From assembly GCA_963674945.2 (NCBI GenBank), contig CAXXWQ010000003.1, positions 416,001 to 480,000 of the forward strand: 64,000 nt of DNA. Direction: 5' to 3'. Under the pieces are notes generated by a model. The model ran no database searches. It saw nothing but the letters and a program-made list of their open reading frames with translations, and was not told the DNA's origin. The stretch is from an uncultured Desulfosarcina sp. Its GTDB lineage: Bacteria > Desulfobacterota > Desulfobacteria > Desulfobacterales > Desulfosarcinaceae. Positions 10,003-18,572 of this stretch are shown here, piece by piece; the stretch's first letter is position 1; each line of letters opens with the position of its first letter. The translations under genes and the position numbers were made by a program.

Positions 10003-10215
10003 TTAAATTTCGTCACAGGCTTTCTTTTTCTCGATATGCGAATCCTCGACAAGGTCGTCGGTCCTGCATTTTAAAATGTAGCCGGCCAGCGCCGATTTCA
10101 GGCACTCCGCTAGGAAAAACAGGTTTTTTACGGCTTTCGGTGAAAGTGAACCGTTCAAGGATTCCCCCTGCCGTCCGATCACCTCCACAATCTCCTTCAC
10201 CTTCCGATACCCCAT
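10003..10215 (-). CDS. small hypothetical phage protein
   Basis: Tightly packed in the early operon; GGAGG upstream. Confidence 0.45.
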   Translation of the reverse strand: MGYRKVKEIVEVIGRQGESLNGSLSPKAVKNLFFLAECLKSALAGYILKCRTDDLVEDSHIEKKKACDEI

Positions 10216-10243
10216 CGTAATCCTCCACGCTCCATGCTCTCAG

Positions 10244-10516
10244 CTATGAGCTCTCAACTCTCAGCTTTTCCTCATACAGTTTCCGGCTCAGTACGCTCAC
10301 CGCCTTCTGGTCGATATGATCGATGGAGATGATCACATCCATGTCCGGGTGCCAGTACAGGGCCAGGCGCCGGTACTCCTCGCCGTTTTTCAGGCGAAAC
10401 GACTTGCAGCTTTGCACCCGAACGCTTCGCCGGATGATTTCCCGGATCAATAGCTCCGTCGGGGCGCCCCCGACGCGCTGTCGCCAGTTATCGATGAAAT
10501 GCCAGGAAAACTTCAT
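10244..10516 (-). CDS. hypothetical phage protein
   Basis: ATGA overlap with gemA stop. Confidence 0.55.
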   Translation of the reverse strand: MKFSWHFIDNWRQRVGGAPTELLIREIIRRSVRVQSCKSFRLKNGEEYRRLALYWHPDMDVIISIDHIDQKAVSVLSRKLYEEKLRVESS

Positions 10517-10932
10517 CGTGCGCTCACCTTCCTCTTACCGCGTGCCCGCCTCTGGTGGTACGTCAACGCGGCAACGATCTTCCGCAAGCCATCCGGATCG
10601 CACCACTCCACCATATCCGCCCCGCACATCCGCTGGGCCATGCTGTCCACATAGGATCGTGGCAGGTTCATGTCCAGGCACATGGCGTTGATCTTGGACA
10701 TCAGCCGCTTTTTATACTCCGTAACGGAATTGAATCCACGCAGCCTTTTCCTCTTTTTAAAACCAAGGTGCTCGAAATGTTCGAGCACGCTTGAAAAGGT
10801 CCTGTCGTTCAGATCCCTGCTGCTCCTGGCGCCATTGCCGTGGGCGGCCAGGATGTCCTGGTACTCGGCATCACTCAATCCGAGCTGAGACTTCGCCACA
10901 TGGATGAGCGCTTTCTTCCCGTTGCTGATCAT
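10513..10932 (-). CDS. gemA: GemA / DUF1018 (Mu gp16-like) regulatory protein
   Basis: ALIHVAKSQLGLSDAEYQDIL...SSRDL; start re-called at ATG 10932. Confidence 0.8.
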   Translation of the reverse strand: MISNGKKALIHVAKSQLGLSDAEYQDILAAHGNGARSSRDLNDRTFSSVLEHFEHLGFKKRKRLRGFNSVTEYKKRLMSKINAMCLDMNLPRSYVDSMAQRMCGADMVEWCDPDGLRKIVAALTYHQRRARGKRKVSAR

Positions 10933-11110
10933 GTCCCCTCCACGGTTGCAGTTTGTTGAGAACAGCCCTGGGCATGACCCACGTGGAAATCGGCCACACG
11001 CTGATGGATCCGCAGACCGGGCACGTGCTGTCATCACGGCGGTCCTTCGCGTCGAAAACCATGTCGCAATTGGCGCAGAAACAGGCGCTCTCGATCCGAA
11101 ATGCGTTCAT
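10871..11110 (-). CDS. small Zn-ribbon phage protein
   Basis: CANC...CPVCG; AGGAGG before ATG 11110. Confidence 0.45.
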   Translation of the reverse strand: MNAFRIESACFCANCDMVFDAKDRRDDSTCPVCGSISVWPISTWVMPRAVLNKLQPWRGHDQQREESAHPCGEVSARIE

Positions 11111-11138
11111 ACAGCCTCCTTTAAATCCTTTCCGATCG

Positions 11139-11708
11139 TTATTCATCGATCGCCTCCACCACGGCCACGGCAACGTCCAGGCTTTCCTGGATCGCGTGCA
11201 GGGCCTCTCTTGCAGTCTTTTTTAATTCCCGGATCTGTCGCATCTTCTCCGCGTTCTCATCGTTTCGTACCAGGTTCGGCCCGGGGTCATCGATCATCCG
11301 GTATTTGGACGGCTGATTGTCCGGCATCTTGATCATTCGCATCACACCCCGCCGGACCAGCATCTGCAGATACTCCTTGGCAGTGTTCTCCTCCACCTTG
11401 CAGTTGGCCATCAGGTCGGTAACGGAAATGGTGTTCCGCCGGTTCGCCCGGATCAAACGGTACATGCATCTGGTTTTCGTGGCCGGATGGGGATCGTACC
11501 GCTTGCCCGTGTACCGGATCACGCCGGGACTGATCCGGACAACCTCATCACGCTTGATGAAATCCCGCATGGCGTTGTAGAGACGCTGCTTCTCTTTGTC
11601 CTCGATCATGTCCAGCCGCTCTGCGATTTCCTGATATGTAATCTGGTCCCGGTCCTTGAAATCGATGCGCATGATGTCTCGGATGCGTTGGGCGAAAGAT
11701 ACGGTCAT
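11139..11708 (-). CDS. winged-HTH phage protein
   Basis: Two wHTH-like segments (TYQEIAERL; SVTDLMANC...AKEYLQML); GGAGG before ATG 11708. Confidence 0.6.
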   Translation of the reverse strand: MTVSFAQRIRDIMRIDFKDRDQITYQEIAERLDMIEDKEKQRLYNAMRDFIKRDEVVRISPGVIRYTGKRYDPHPATKTRCMYRLIRANRRNTISVTDLMANCKVEENTAKEYLQMLVRRGVMRMIKMPDNQPSKYRMIDDPGPNLVRNDENAEKMRQIRELKKTAREALHAIQESLDVAVAVVEAIDE

Positions 11709-11724
11709 GGAGACCTCCTGATGT

Positions 11725-11821
11725 TGATGACCTCGTAAAAAGCTGCTGTTCGGACGGATTCGTAAAAAGCCCGAGATCAAGGATTGCGAGTCTCGAGGTC
11801 GGGCTTTTTACGAATCCGTCA
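11725..11821. repeat. MITE-like palindromic element (TGACGGATTCGTAAAAAG family)
   Basis: Terminal IRs TGATGACCTCGTAAAAAG / CTTTTTACGAATCCGTCA flanked by ATGT; related end at about 22466. Confidence 0.6.
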
Positions 11822-12574
11822 ATGTTTGGCCCAGCGGATGGCCGCCTTGATGCCGTCCGTTGCGATATCCGGCGTGATTTCCTCGATATTTTTTGCGTTG
11901 GCGTACTGAACGCAGTAATGCAGGGCGCGCTTTACCAGACGGAAATTGCCGTCGGTGGTATACTTTGTGGCGGTTTTATGCAGGATGGCCGCGACATCCG
12001 CAGTGATCTGAACACCGATGGCTTCTTTTGCGAAAATGATCACGTCGCTCTGTTTCATGGGGGAGAATTTCACAGGACTGAAGGTGCGCGTCTGGATTCC
12101 GTCTTTGCCTCCTTGTTTAAGGAGGTTCATCAGATTATGCTCACCGATCAACACAATCGGGCACGTGGTCACGCGTGTTATATCGCGCATCAACTCGAGG
12201 TGGCCCGGTTTCAGCCTGCCTGCCTCATCGATAAAGATTATCGTATCCTGGTGATCGAACAGATAATCGTTTATGTCGTTGAAACATCTTCCTTTGCGGC
12301 TGGCAACGTTTTCGATTCCCAACTCGAAGCAAAAATCCCGCAGAAATTCCAGCTCGCTTGAAATCCATATTGCCGTTGATTCGAGATATATCGTGTTGTT
12401 GTGATTGGCGTGGTACCATTTGATGGTTTCGGATTTACCGAGTCCGGCCTTTCCGTATACGACACCGAATTTTCCCTCTCCGACATCCATTCCGAGATCG
12501 TCCATCATGATGACAACATCCCGGACGTTCTTTGTCTGAATGAAAACCGAATGAGATATACTCAATTTCGTCAT
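11819..12574 (-). CDS. MuB/TnsC-like AAA+ transposition ATPase
   Basis: GKAGLGKS Walker A, IIFIDEA Walker B; directly downstream of the transposase. Confidence 0.85.
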   Translation of the reverse strand: MTKLSISHSVFIQTKNVRDVVIMMDDLGMDVGEGKFGVVYGKAGLGKSETIKWYHANHNNTIYLESTAIWISSELEFLRDFCFELGIENVASRKGRCFNDINDYLFDHQDTIIFIDEAGRLKPGHLELMRDITRVTTCPIVLIGEHNLMNLLKQGGKDGIQTRTFSPVKFSPMKQSDVIIFAKEAIGVQITADVAAILHKTATKYTTDGNFRLVKRALHYCVQYANAKNIEEITPDIATDGIKAAIRWAKH

Positions 12575-12617
12575 ATGAACACTCCCTCCAATAAACGGTT
12601 AACCCCTTTCAGATTTG

Positions 12618-14750
12618 TCACGTCGTCCCCGTCATCACCGACGCGCAAACGCGGGCCTGCTCCCAATACCCGCTCTTTGCAAGCGTCTTGTATTTCGGGG
12701 TCTGCTCGAAATACCGCATGAAGGTGAGCCACTGTTTCGGGATCATCACGCCGCTCGCCGCCAGGTGGACAAGCGTTTCATACCGGTCCGGTTCATCCAT
12801 GCCGTCGAGCTCGGCGAAAACGTTGGGCTCTTCTTTCTCGTGGTTTTCGAAATACGCCGCGGCCTCCGCCTCGATCTGCTTTTCGTCGGCTGCGGTGAGA
12901 TGCTTTGGAGCGGATTCTCGATCGATTATCACTGGGCCGGTAGGCGTTACACCCTCACGCAGTAGTTGCCGGCGGTGGGCCGGCAGCACCTCTTTTTCCA
13001 ACAGCAGCTTGGACAGGCCGCTGGCCAGCTTGTACTGGTGGTTTTTGATCGCGAGCTGTCGGTCCAGTTGATCCACATCCTCTTCGGTGCCAAGCGGTCT
13101 TGCTGCCGGGTGGGTCTTCTCCTGTTCAAAGGCGAGGCAGACGAATTCATCCTCTTCAAACACCGCGATATAGCTCGGGTCCTGCAGATCGTACCGCACC
13201 TCGACGCTATGGTGGCGGCCGCACAGTTTGTCATGGTAGTAGTAGCTGCCCATATGAGAGATCCGGCTGGCGCGGACCACCGCGTCCTTTCGGGCCCACA
13301 TCAAAGCGGTCAGTTTCGCCGGATCGATTCCCTTGCCGCGGCCCGGTTCGAAAAGATCCATCGGCGCCCAGCCCTTCAGGTACTTGCTGCGCGGTTGCGG
13401 ACGGTGGGCGTATTCGTCGAACCATTCGGCCACCATTTGGTGGGCCATTTCCATCGTCACATACTCGCCGCCCATCACCTTTTCATAGACCTTCCTGTGC
13501 AGCTTCTCCCCCCGGTTCATGCGCGGCGGCTTCTTGGCGATGCTGGTTCCGGTGTAGCTCGGCGATTTTCTCTCCATCTCCGCCATCGTTCCGAAAAATC
13601 GCTCCACGGTCTTGCTCTGCCCGTGATACCCCCACGCGAATATCGTCTGGATGCCGAGCTGGTCGTACAGGCCCTTGAGCCCGGCCTGCGAAAGATCGGT
13701 GTTCTGGAAATAGTTGGCCTTGAACGCCTTGCCGTTGTCCAGGTAGACGACGCGAGGGATCTTGCCCAAAAATAGGATGGCCCTGCGAAGTGCGGAGGAA
13801 ATTGCCACGGTGTTTTCCGTCGGCATGATCTCCCATCCGCACGGCATGCTCGATCGCATGTCGTAGAAAGTGATCAGCGTCATCCGCTTTGGTTTGCCGG
13901 TCCACGGATTCAGGATGTTGAAATTGAGCTTGTGCCCGTCCGCCACCAGCACATCGCCGACATTGATCAGTTCCGGGTTCCGCTCGATGGACAGGCAGCA
14001 CTCGTCGTTCCACCGCTTCTTGCCGCCACGCTGAAAACACCAGATATCATAATTGTGCTCTTTGAAATCCATAATCCACCGGCGGTACGTGGATGGGTTG
14101 TGGCCGTTGGGGATGCCCACCGCCGACATCCGTTTTTTCGCCTCCCGGATCACCTCCGAAATGAGCAGAGCGTTGGGATGAAGTGCCACCTGGAGAATGA
14201 TCGCGGCCTGTTTTGCCGTGATGATCCGCTTCCCTTTTCGCGCCTTGCCCCGCCGGTCCGCCAGGTTCCCGCCGTCCCGCACCGTCCGCTTCCATCCCTC
14301 GATGGTCTGCCAGGACACCGGCCCGAGGATTTCGTGGATCTGTTGATAGATGAGCCCGTTGTTGTAGGCCGTCATGAAGTTGTCCCGGGCCACCGCCTTC
14401 TTACCGTGACCGGCGGCGGATATGGTCCTTACATAATGACCGAGAAGATCGGCCTTGGCGCCGAACGTTCGCCGCTGCGCATCGCTCATCTCCTCCACCG
14501 GCGTCTTTTTCGCCGGAAGATGGGATGAGGATTCTGCGGGCAGGTTGGAAAGCCGGTCCTTATTATAAAGGACGCGGATATCCTCCGGCAGATTGTCGAC
14601 CGGGTACCGCCGGATCTTCCCCCCGCGCCCCTTGCCCGGCATCTCCATGAAATGCCACCCCTCCTTCGATGCGCGTGCCTGGAGGGACCGCACGCCGACA
14701 CCGGCGAATTCGTGGATCTGCTGAATGGAAAGGGTCGTCTCGCCAGTCAT
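12618..14750 (-). CDS. MuA-like DDE transposase
   Basis: N-terminal Mu DNA-binding-like region, VADGH / YLDNG / TVERFF catalytic triad, VEVRYD C-terminal domain; start re-called at ATG 14750. Confidence 0.9.
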   Translation of the reverse strand: MTGETTLSIQQIHEFAGVGVRSLQARASKEGWHFMEMPGKGRGGKIRRYPVDNLPEDIRVLYNKDRLSNLPAESSSHLPAKKTPVEEMSDAQRRTFGAKADLLGHYVRTISAAGHGKKAVARDNFMTAYNNGLIYQQIHEILGPVSWQTIEGWKRTVRDGGNLADRRGKARKGKRIITAKQAAIILQVALHPNALLISEVIREAKKRMSAVGIPNGHNPSTYRRWIMDFKEHNYDIWCFQRGGKKRWNDECCLSIERNPELINVGDVLVADGHKLNFNILNPWTGKPKRMTLITFYDMRSSMPCGWEIMPTENTVAISSALRRAILFLGKIPRVVYLDNGKAFKANYFQNTDLSQAGLKGLYDQLGIQTIFAWGYHGQSKTVERFFGTMAEMERKSPSYTGTSIAKKPPRMNRGEKLHRKVYEKVMGGEYVTMEMAHQMVAEWFDEYAHRPQPRSKYLKGWAPMDLFEPGRGKGIDPAKLTALMWARKDAVVRASRISHMGSYYYHDKLCGRHHSVEVRYDLQDPSYIAVFEEDEFVCLAFEQEKTHPAARPLGTEEDVDQLDRQLAIKNHQYKLASGLSKLLLEKEVLPAHRRQLLREGVTPTGPVIIDRESAPKHLTAADEKQIEAEAAAYFENHEKEEPNVFAELDGMDEPDRYETLVHLAASGVMIPKQWLTFMRYFEQTPKYKTLAKSGYWEQARVCASVMTGTT

Positions 14751-14752
14751 TT

Positions 14753-15358
14753 TTATCCCTCGAGCAATCGTTTCAGGCCGTCGATGATCTTGATCATCTT
14801 TTTCCGGTCGACTCCCTCGAACCTGTTTTTTCTCGCATCCCGAATACTCTGAATCAGATCCTCGAACGCTTTTTTGAAGATGTCGGGGAGCGTTCCGATG
14901 GAATTCTCGATCATATTCCTCGTTCGTGGCTGCGGGTTTCCACGCAGAAGGTCCACCGCCCACACCACATGCTTGGACATCACCACGTCCGCGCCGGACT
15001 CCTTCGCCCGGTTGATGGCCATGTCCCAGGCCTTTGCCTGCTCTTCCGGTTCCAGCTTCGCAAGCGGCCGTGCCAGTGACTCTTTTTCGGGCAGCACCGG
15101 ACAGGTTTTGTCCGCATTGCGGACATTTTCGATCACCTCAACACCGGTGATCAGTTGGTAGGCCGTCGACCTGGCGCAGTCGAATCGCTCCTTGGTGTAC
15201 TGCTCGAAAGTCGCGTGGGACATCCGGTACAGCTTCCGGTCCCGGATCTCCCGCAACGCAAACCCGACCTTCATCCACGACACCATGTTGTCCTCGACAA
15301 CCCTCTCAAGCCGGTCCAGGTCGTTGATTTCGTTCATTGATAGTTGTGTTTTGTCCAT
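14753..15358 (-). CDS. hypothetical phage DNA-binding protein
   Basis: GFALREIRDRKLYR...TFEQY..ERF motif; AAGGAG RBS. Confidence 0.65.
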   Translation of the reverse strand: MDKTQLSMNEINDLDRLERVVEDNMVSWMKVGFALREIRDRKLYRMSHATFEQYTKERFDCARSTAYQLITGVEVIENVRNADKTCPVLPEKESLARPLAKLEPEEQAKAWDMAINRAKESGADVVMSKHVVWAVDLLRGNPQPRTRNMIENSIGTLPDIFKKAFEDLIQSIRDARKNRFEGVDRKKMIKIIDGLKRLLEG

Positions 15359-15430
15359 CTTATCTCCTTTGTAACTTTTTTGATTTCCTGTTATGTTTAA
15401 TTCATTGACAATTCATCTATCCCGGAGGTT

Positions 15431-15841
15431 GTGGTGTCGAAAAAACAGAAAAAGATGGAATACAGCTCAGACCAGTCTCTTGGTATGCTTGCAGGTTGCC
15501 CGTTTAGTGGATTTGGACCATGCCAGGCAGAAAAGTGCGTTTTTTTCGTAGCCGTTCCACCTGACTTAAAAGAAAGAGCGTGCGTCATTACTGCGTCCTA
15601 CGTTTTTCAATCCATGAAGGATGTACTTGAGACAACGGTATTTTTGGAAAGGACGTTAGAAAAAGACGGCATCCTTCCCAAGAGTCATGTAGCCGCTCAA
15701 GTTGCCGAATCTCTTGTTGGATGTTTGGATCGTCTTGACGGTATCTACGGTCATCCAAAGACTGACGAATCATTGAAAGAATTGATTCGCACATTGAAAG
15801 GCCAAATTCGGTACCGCCTAGAAACCTTTGCTGAATCATGA
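15431..15841 (+). CDS. hypothetical Cys-containing protein, antisense to the early operon
   Basis: GGAGG RBS, CPF...C...C; competes with the overlapping minus ORF 15588-15887. Confidence 0.4.
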   Translation: MVSKKQKKMEYSSDQSLGMLAGCPFSGFGPCQAEKCVFFVAVPPDLKERACVITASYVFQSMKDVLETTVFLERTLEKDGILPKSHVAAQVAESLVGCLDRLDGIYGHPKTDESLKELIRTLKGQIRYRLETFAES

Positions 15842-15883
15842 TGCTGCTCCTTTTCGTTTTCGTTATTCCAAGAGGATTCGTCA

Positions 15884-16141
15884 TCATGCCGCGTCCTGCT
15901 CCCAGAAACGTTCACCCAGACGCGATTCGATAAATTCTCGTATCTCCTTTGCCTTTCGCCGCCCGTTCACCACCTGGGAGATGTATTGGGGGGACACGTT
16001 AAGATGGTCCGCCCATTCCGCCATCTTTTCCCCTTTCCGGATGGCCGTCGCCCGGATCCGACGGGCGATGATCTTCCGCCCGACGGCCTTCCGGTCGTCC
16101 TTCTCGTCAACAAAAATCGTGAATGTCACTTTCCGCTTCAT
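15884..16141 (-). CDS. Ner/Cro-like HTH regulator
   Basis: MAEWADHLNVSPQYISQVVNGRR; start re-called at 16141. Confidence 0.7.
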   Translation of the reverse strand: MKRKVTFTIFVDEKDDRKAVGRKIIARRIRATAIRKGEKMAEWADHLNVSPQYISQVVNGRRKAKEIREFIESRLGERFWEQDAA

Positions 16142-16569
16142 TACAGCTCCGCCTCGATTTTCCGGACAAGCCGGTTTTTCTCCTTGATGGCCAGCTTGGC
16201 CTCGGCCAGCCTGATGAGTTTCTGCTCCCGCTCGCCGACAACTCTCAGATGCAGCGGCTGGGCGATGGCGTCGAGAACGGAGCACCGCCCCACCGCCGCA
16301 CAGAAAATCGGAACCGCCTTGAAAGGGATGTTCCTCGTCGGCTCGTTCAGGTTCAGCCATTTTTCAAACGTGTCGATGGTCAACTGCTTGCCACTGCCGT
16401 TGACCAGGCCGACACTGTAGCTCACAGCCAGATCGTTCATCTTGTCCACGATCTGCTCACGGGAAAGTCCGCAGGCGCGGACATCTTCGTTCATGGCCCT
16501 TTTGACGGGCCGGACAACATTTAAGGTGGGTCGATTAAAGAGGTTCAGTTGGATGGGTTTGTTCGTCAT
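16141..16569 (-). CDS. phage regulatory protein (CII-like, tentative)
   Basis: First gene of the early operon, AGGAAGG RBS, LSREQIVDKM helix. Confidence 0.55.
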   Translation of the reverse strand: MTNKPIQLNLFNRPTLNVVRPVKRAMNEDVRACGLSREQIVDKMNDLAVSYSVGLVNGSGKQLTIDTFEKWLNLNEPTRNIPFKAVPIFCAAVGRCSVLDAIAQPLHLRVVGEREQKLIRLAEAKLAIKEKNRLVRKIEAEL

Positions 16570-16723
16570 GTCCGCCTTCCTGGCGTCCGCTGTCCGAAAT
16601 TAGGGATCATTCGGACATTGACAGTTTTTACCCTTCGGGATAGGGTAAATTTGCGCGTTAACTTGTAAAGCAAGATACTACCCTTTAAGTCTGTCGTCAA
16701 GCAAAAAGTGCGTAAAAAGGCAG

Positions 16724-16832
16724 TTCGTTAGTCGAAATGCCAATTGTACGTATAAGTGTTTAAAAAATTAGAAGAAAATGACTAACGAAATAGATTCGTT
16801 AGTCATTCGTTAGTCGAGATATGACAAACGAA
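16724..16832. promoter_or_regulatory. operator-like repeats TTCGTTAGTC
   Basis: Copies at 16724, 16780 (inverted), 16795, 16806 and a 1-mismatch inverted copy at 16823, between the divergent repressor and early genes. Confidence 0.6.
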
Positions 16833-17300
16833 TTAGAAAAATTAGATTTCCCAGCCAGACTTGAAGCCCTTATAGACCACACAGGACTACCTAAAAAGGT
16901 ATTCGCAAAAAATTGCGGGATAAAAGAAAAACAACTGTTCGTTTATCTAAGAGGTGAAGCTGAGCCGGGTATGAAGGCTTTGCGTGGCATAAAAGAATAT
17001 TATCCAAACGTAAGTATCGACTGGCTAATATCAGGCATCGGTCCATCTTACCTTGAACAAAAAAAACCGGCGCCTTCAACTGTGCAGGATATTAAGTATG
17101 AAAGTGTCCTCAATGAATTTGAGGACAAGGATTTCGCGATAAAGGTCAATCAAGCACTGGCGGCCATAGAAAAGTTGTCGATGAAGGTTTTCTATGAGGT
17201 GGGTGGATATATAAAGAGAGCCGCTCAGGAAGCAAAGCAGGAAGATCAAGCCTTCGATGAAGATCGATTGACTGGCACGGATGACAATTCAAAAAAATAG
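16821..17300 (+). CDS. CI-like XRE HTH repressor
   Basis: RLEALI...KVFAKNCGI...YLRGEAEP...VSIDWLISGIG. Confidence 0.85.
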   Translation: MTNELEKLDFPARLEALIDHTGLPKKVFAKNCGIKEKQLFVYLRGEAEPGMKALRGIKEYYPNVSIDWLISGIGPSYLEQKKPAPSTVQDIKYESVLNEFEDKDFAIKVNQALAAIEKLSMKVFYEVGGYIKRAAQEAKQEDQAFDEDRLTGTDDNSKK

Positions 17301-17398
17301 ATGCTGACGAGCCTTCCCTGTTCAAGCAGAGAGAAAAAGATGATTCCCGTTGTGATCCGCCCGTCAGCATAATCGATTTTCACAGCGGCCATGTAGAA

Positions 17399-17722
17399 AT
17401 GATCCTGAACACCTCTGGCTACATCATCACCGCCAGGGCCTATGGCACCATCGAGAATGCGGCGAGCCATGAACTTTGGTACGCCAGAGGTCGTTATCTC
17501 CAGGATTTTAAGTACCACATCGATGAAATAGATCTAATCATCACCACGATCCAAAAAGCCGCAAATGAATTGCTTGAAACTCCGTTCAATTTTGGATGGA
17601 GAGGGGTCACAAGAGTCGGCCTTGTCACGCCGATAAATGACAGATTCGTTGTCCTGCGGTTATACGCTCCACGTGAAAAGCTGGAAGATACGACTTCGGA
17701 ATTTGATAAAGCAGGAGGGTAG
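17399..17722 (+). CDS. hypothetical protein
   Basis: ORF only. Confidence 0.4.
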   Translation: MILNTSGYIITARAYGTIENAASHELWYARGRYLQDFKYHIDEIDLIITTIQKAANELLETPFNFGWRGVTRVGLVTPINDRFVVLRLYAPREKLEDTTSEFDKAGG

Positions 17723-17894
17723 CGCCATGAATGTTTTCAGCACTTAACCACCGTATTTCCCGGGATATCTCCAACGCACCTATAATCCCACATCTCCAAA
17801 TAAAGAATTAGCTCCAAAACGATCATAGACTGAAACCGTCTATAGAATGTCAATGTTTTAAGCCTACTAAAAATATTAAATTAGGGAGGAAAGA

Positions 17895-18479
17895 ATGACC
17901 GCTAAAGGTGAAAAAGATGCAATTTTGTTTGCATTAGCTGAGTTGTTTGCAGCTTTAAAAGGAAACATGAATGCTAATGCGGTTCGTTTTGATGAGGATA
18001 AAATTCCAACCTATGGGCTCCGTGTTGCTGAGCAGTCTTTTGGAACGGCCTATCAGTTAGTTAACGAACAGTCGATTCCATTACCCAAACCCATCACCAT
18101 CGTTATTGAGGCTGCTATTAAGGGAGCTGGTATTGGAATAAAAGCATGGGCACAATCTATGAAAGATGATTGGGGAATGATAGCTCCGAAATGCGGCGCA
18201 CATTGTAAATTGTGCAATTCGAGAAGTACAGCTCTATACTTTAACGCTATTTCAAAAATATTTGATTATAGTATAAAAAGTAAATCAAAATGGGACAAAA
18301 AAGACGCTCAAAAAGTTTCAACAATAAGCGAAAGTGTCAATAAGTCTTTGGTTGACTATGCTGATGAGGTTGTTAAAACGAGTTCTTTCGCTAATGCCTG
18401 GACTGCATGGGACGCCTTTGGTGATAATCTATTTTCTCTTGCGGAACCATTAGCAAAGCTTCTATCAACTGATTATTAA
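17895..18479 (+). CDS. hypothetical protein (AT-rich cargo)
   Basis: Strong GGGAGG RBS, 194 aa. Confidence 0.7.
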   Translation: MTAKGEKDAILFALAELFAALKGNMNANAVRFDEDKIPTYGLRVAEQSFGTAYQLVNEQSIPLPKPITIVIEAAIKGAGIGIKAWAQSMKDDWGMIAPKCGAHCKLCNSRSTALYFNAISKIFDYSIKSKSKWDKKDAQKVSTISESVNKSLVDYADEVVKTSSFANAWTAWDAFGDNLFSLAEPLAKLLSTDY

Positions 18480-18572
18480 AACATACTGTGGCTTATAATA
18501 GTATTAAGTGCGACGGCAAAAAGCCGTCGCACCTTATGCCGAGCTTCGTTAGAAAAAACAGAGGAACAAAAT

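Noticed and set aside
14751..14963. Extended N-terminus of the MuA-like ORF (781 aa)
   Set aside because: Overlaps the upstream gene; ATG 14750 with an upstream GAGG is the better start
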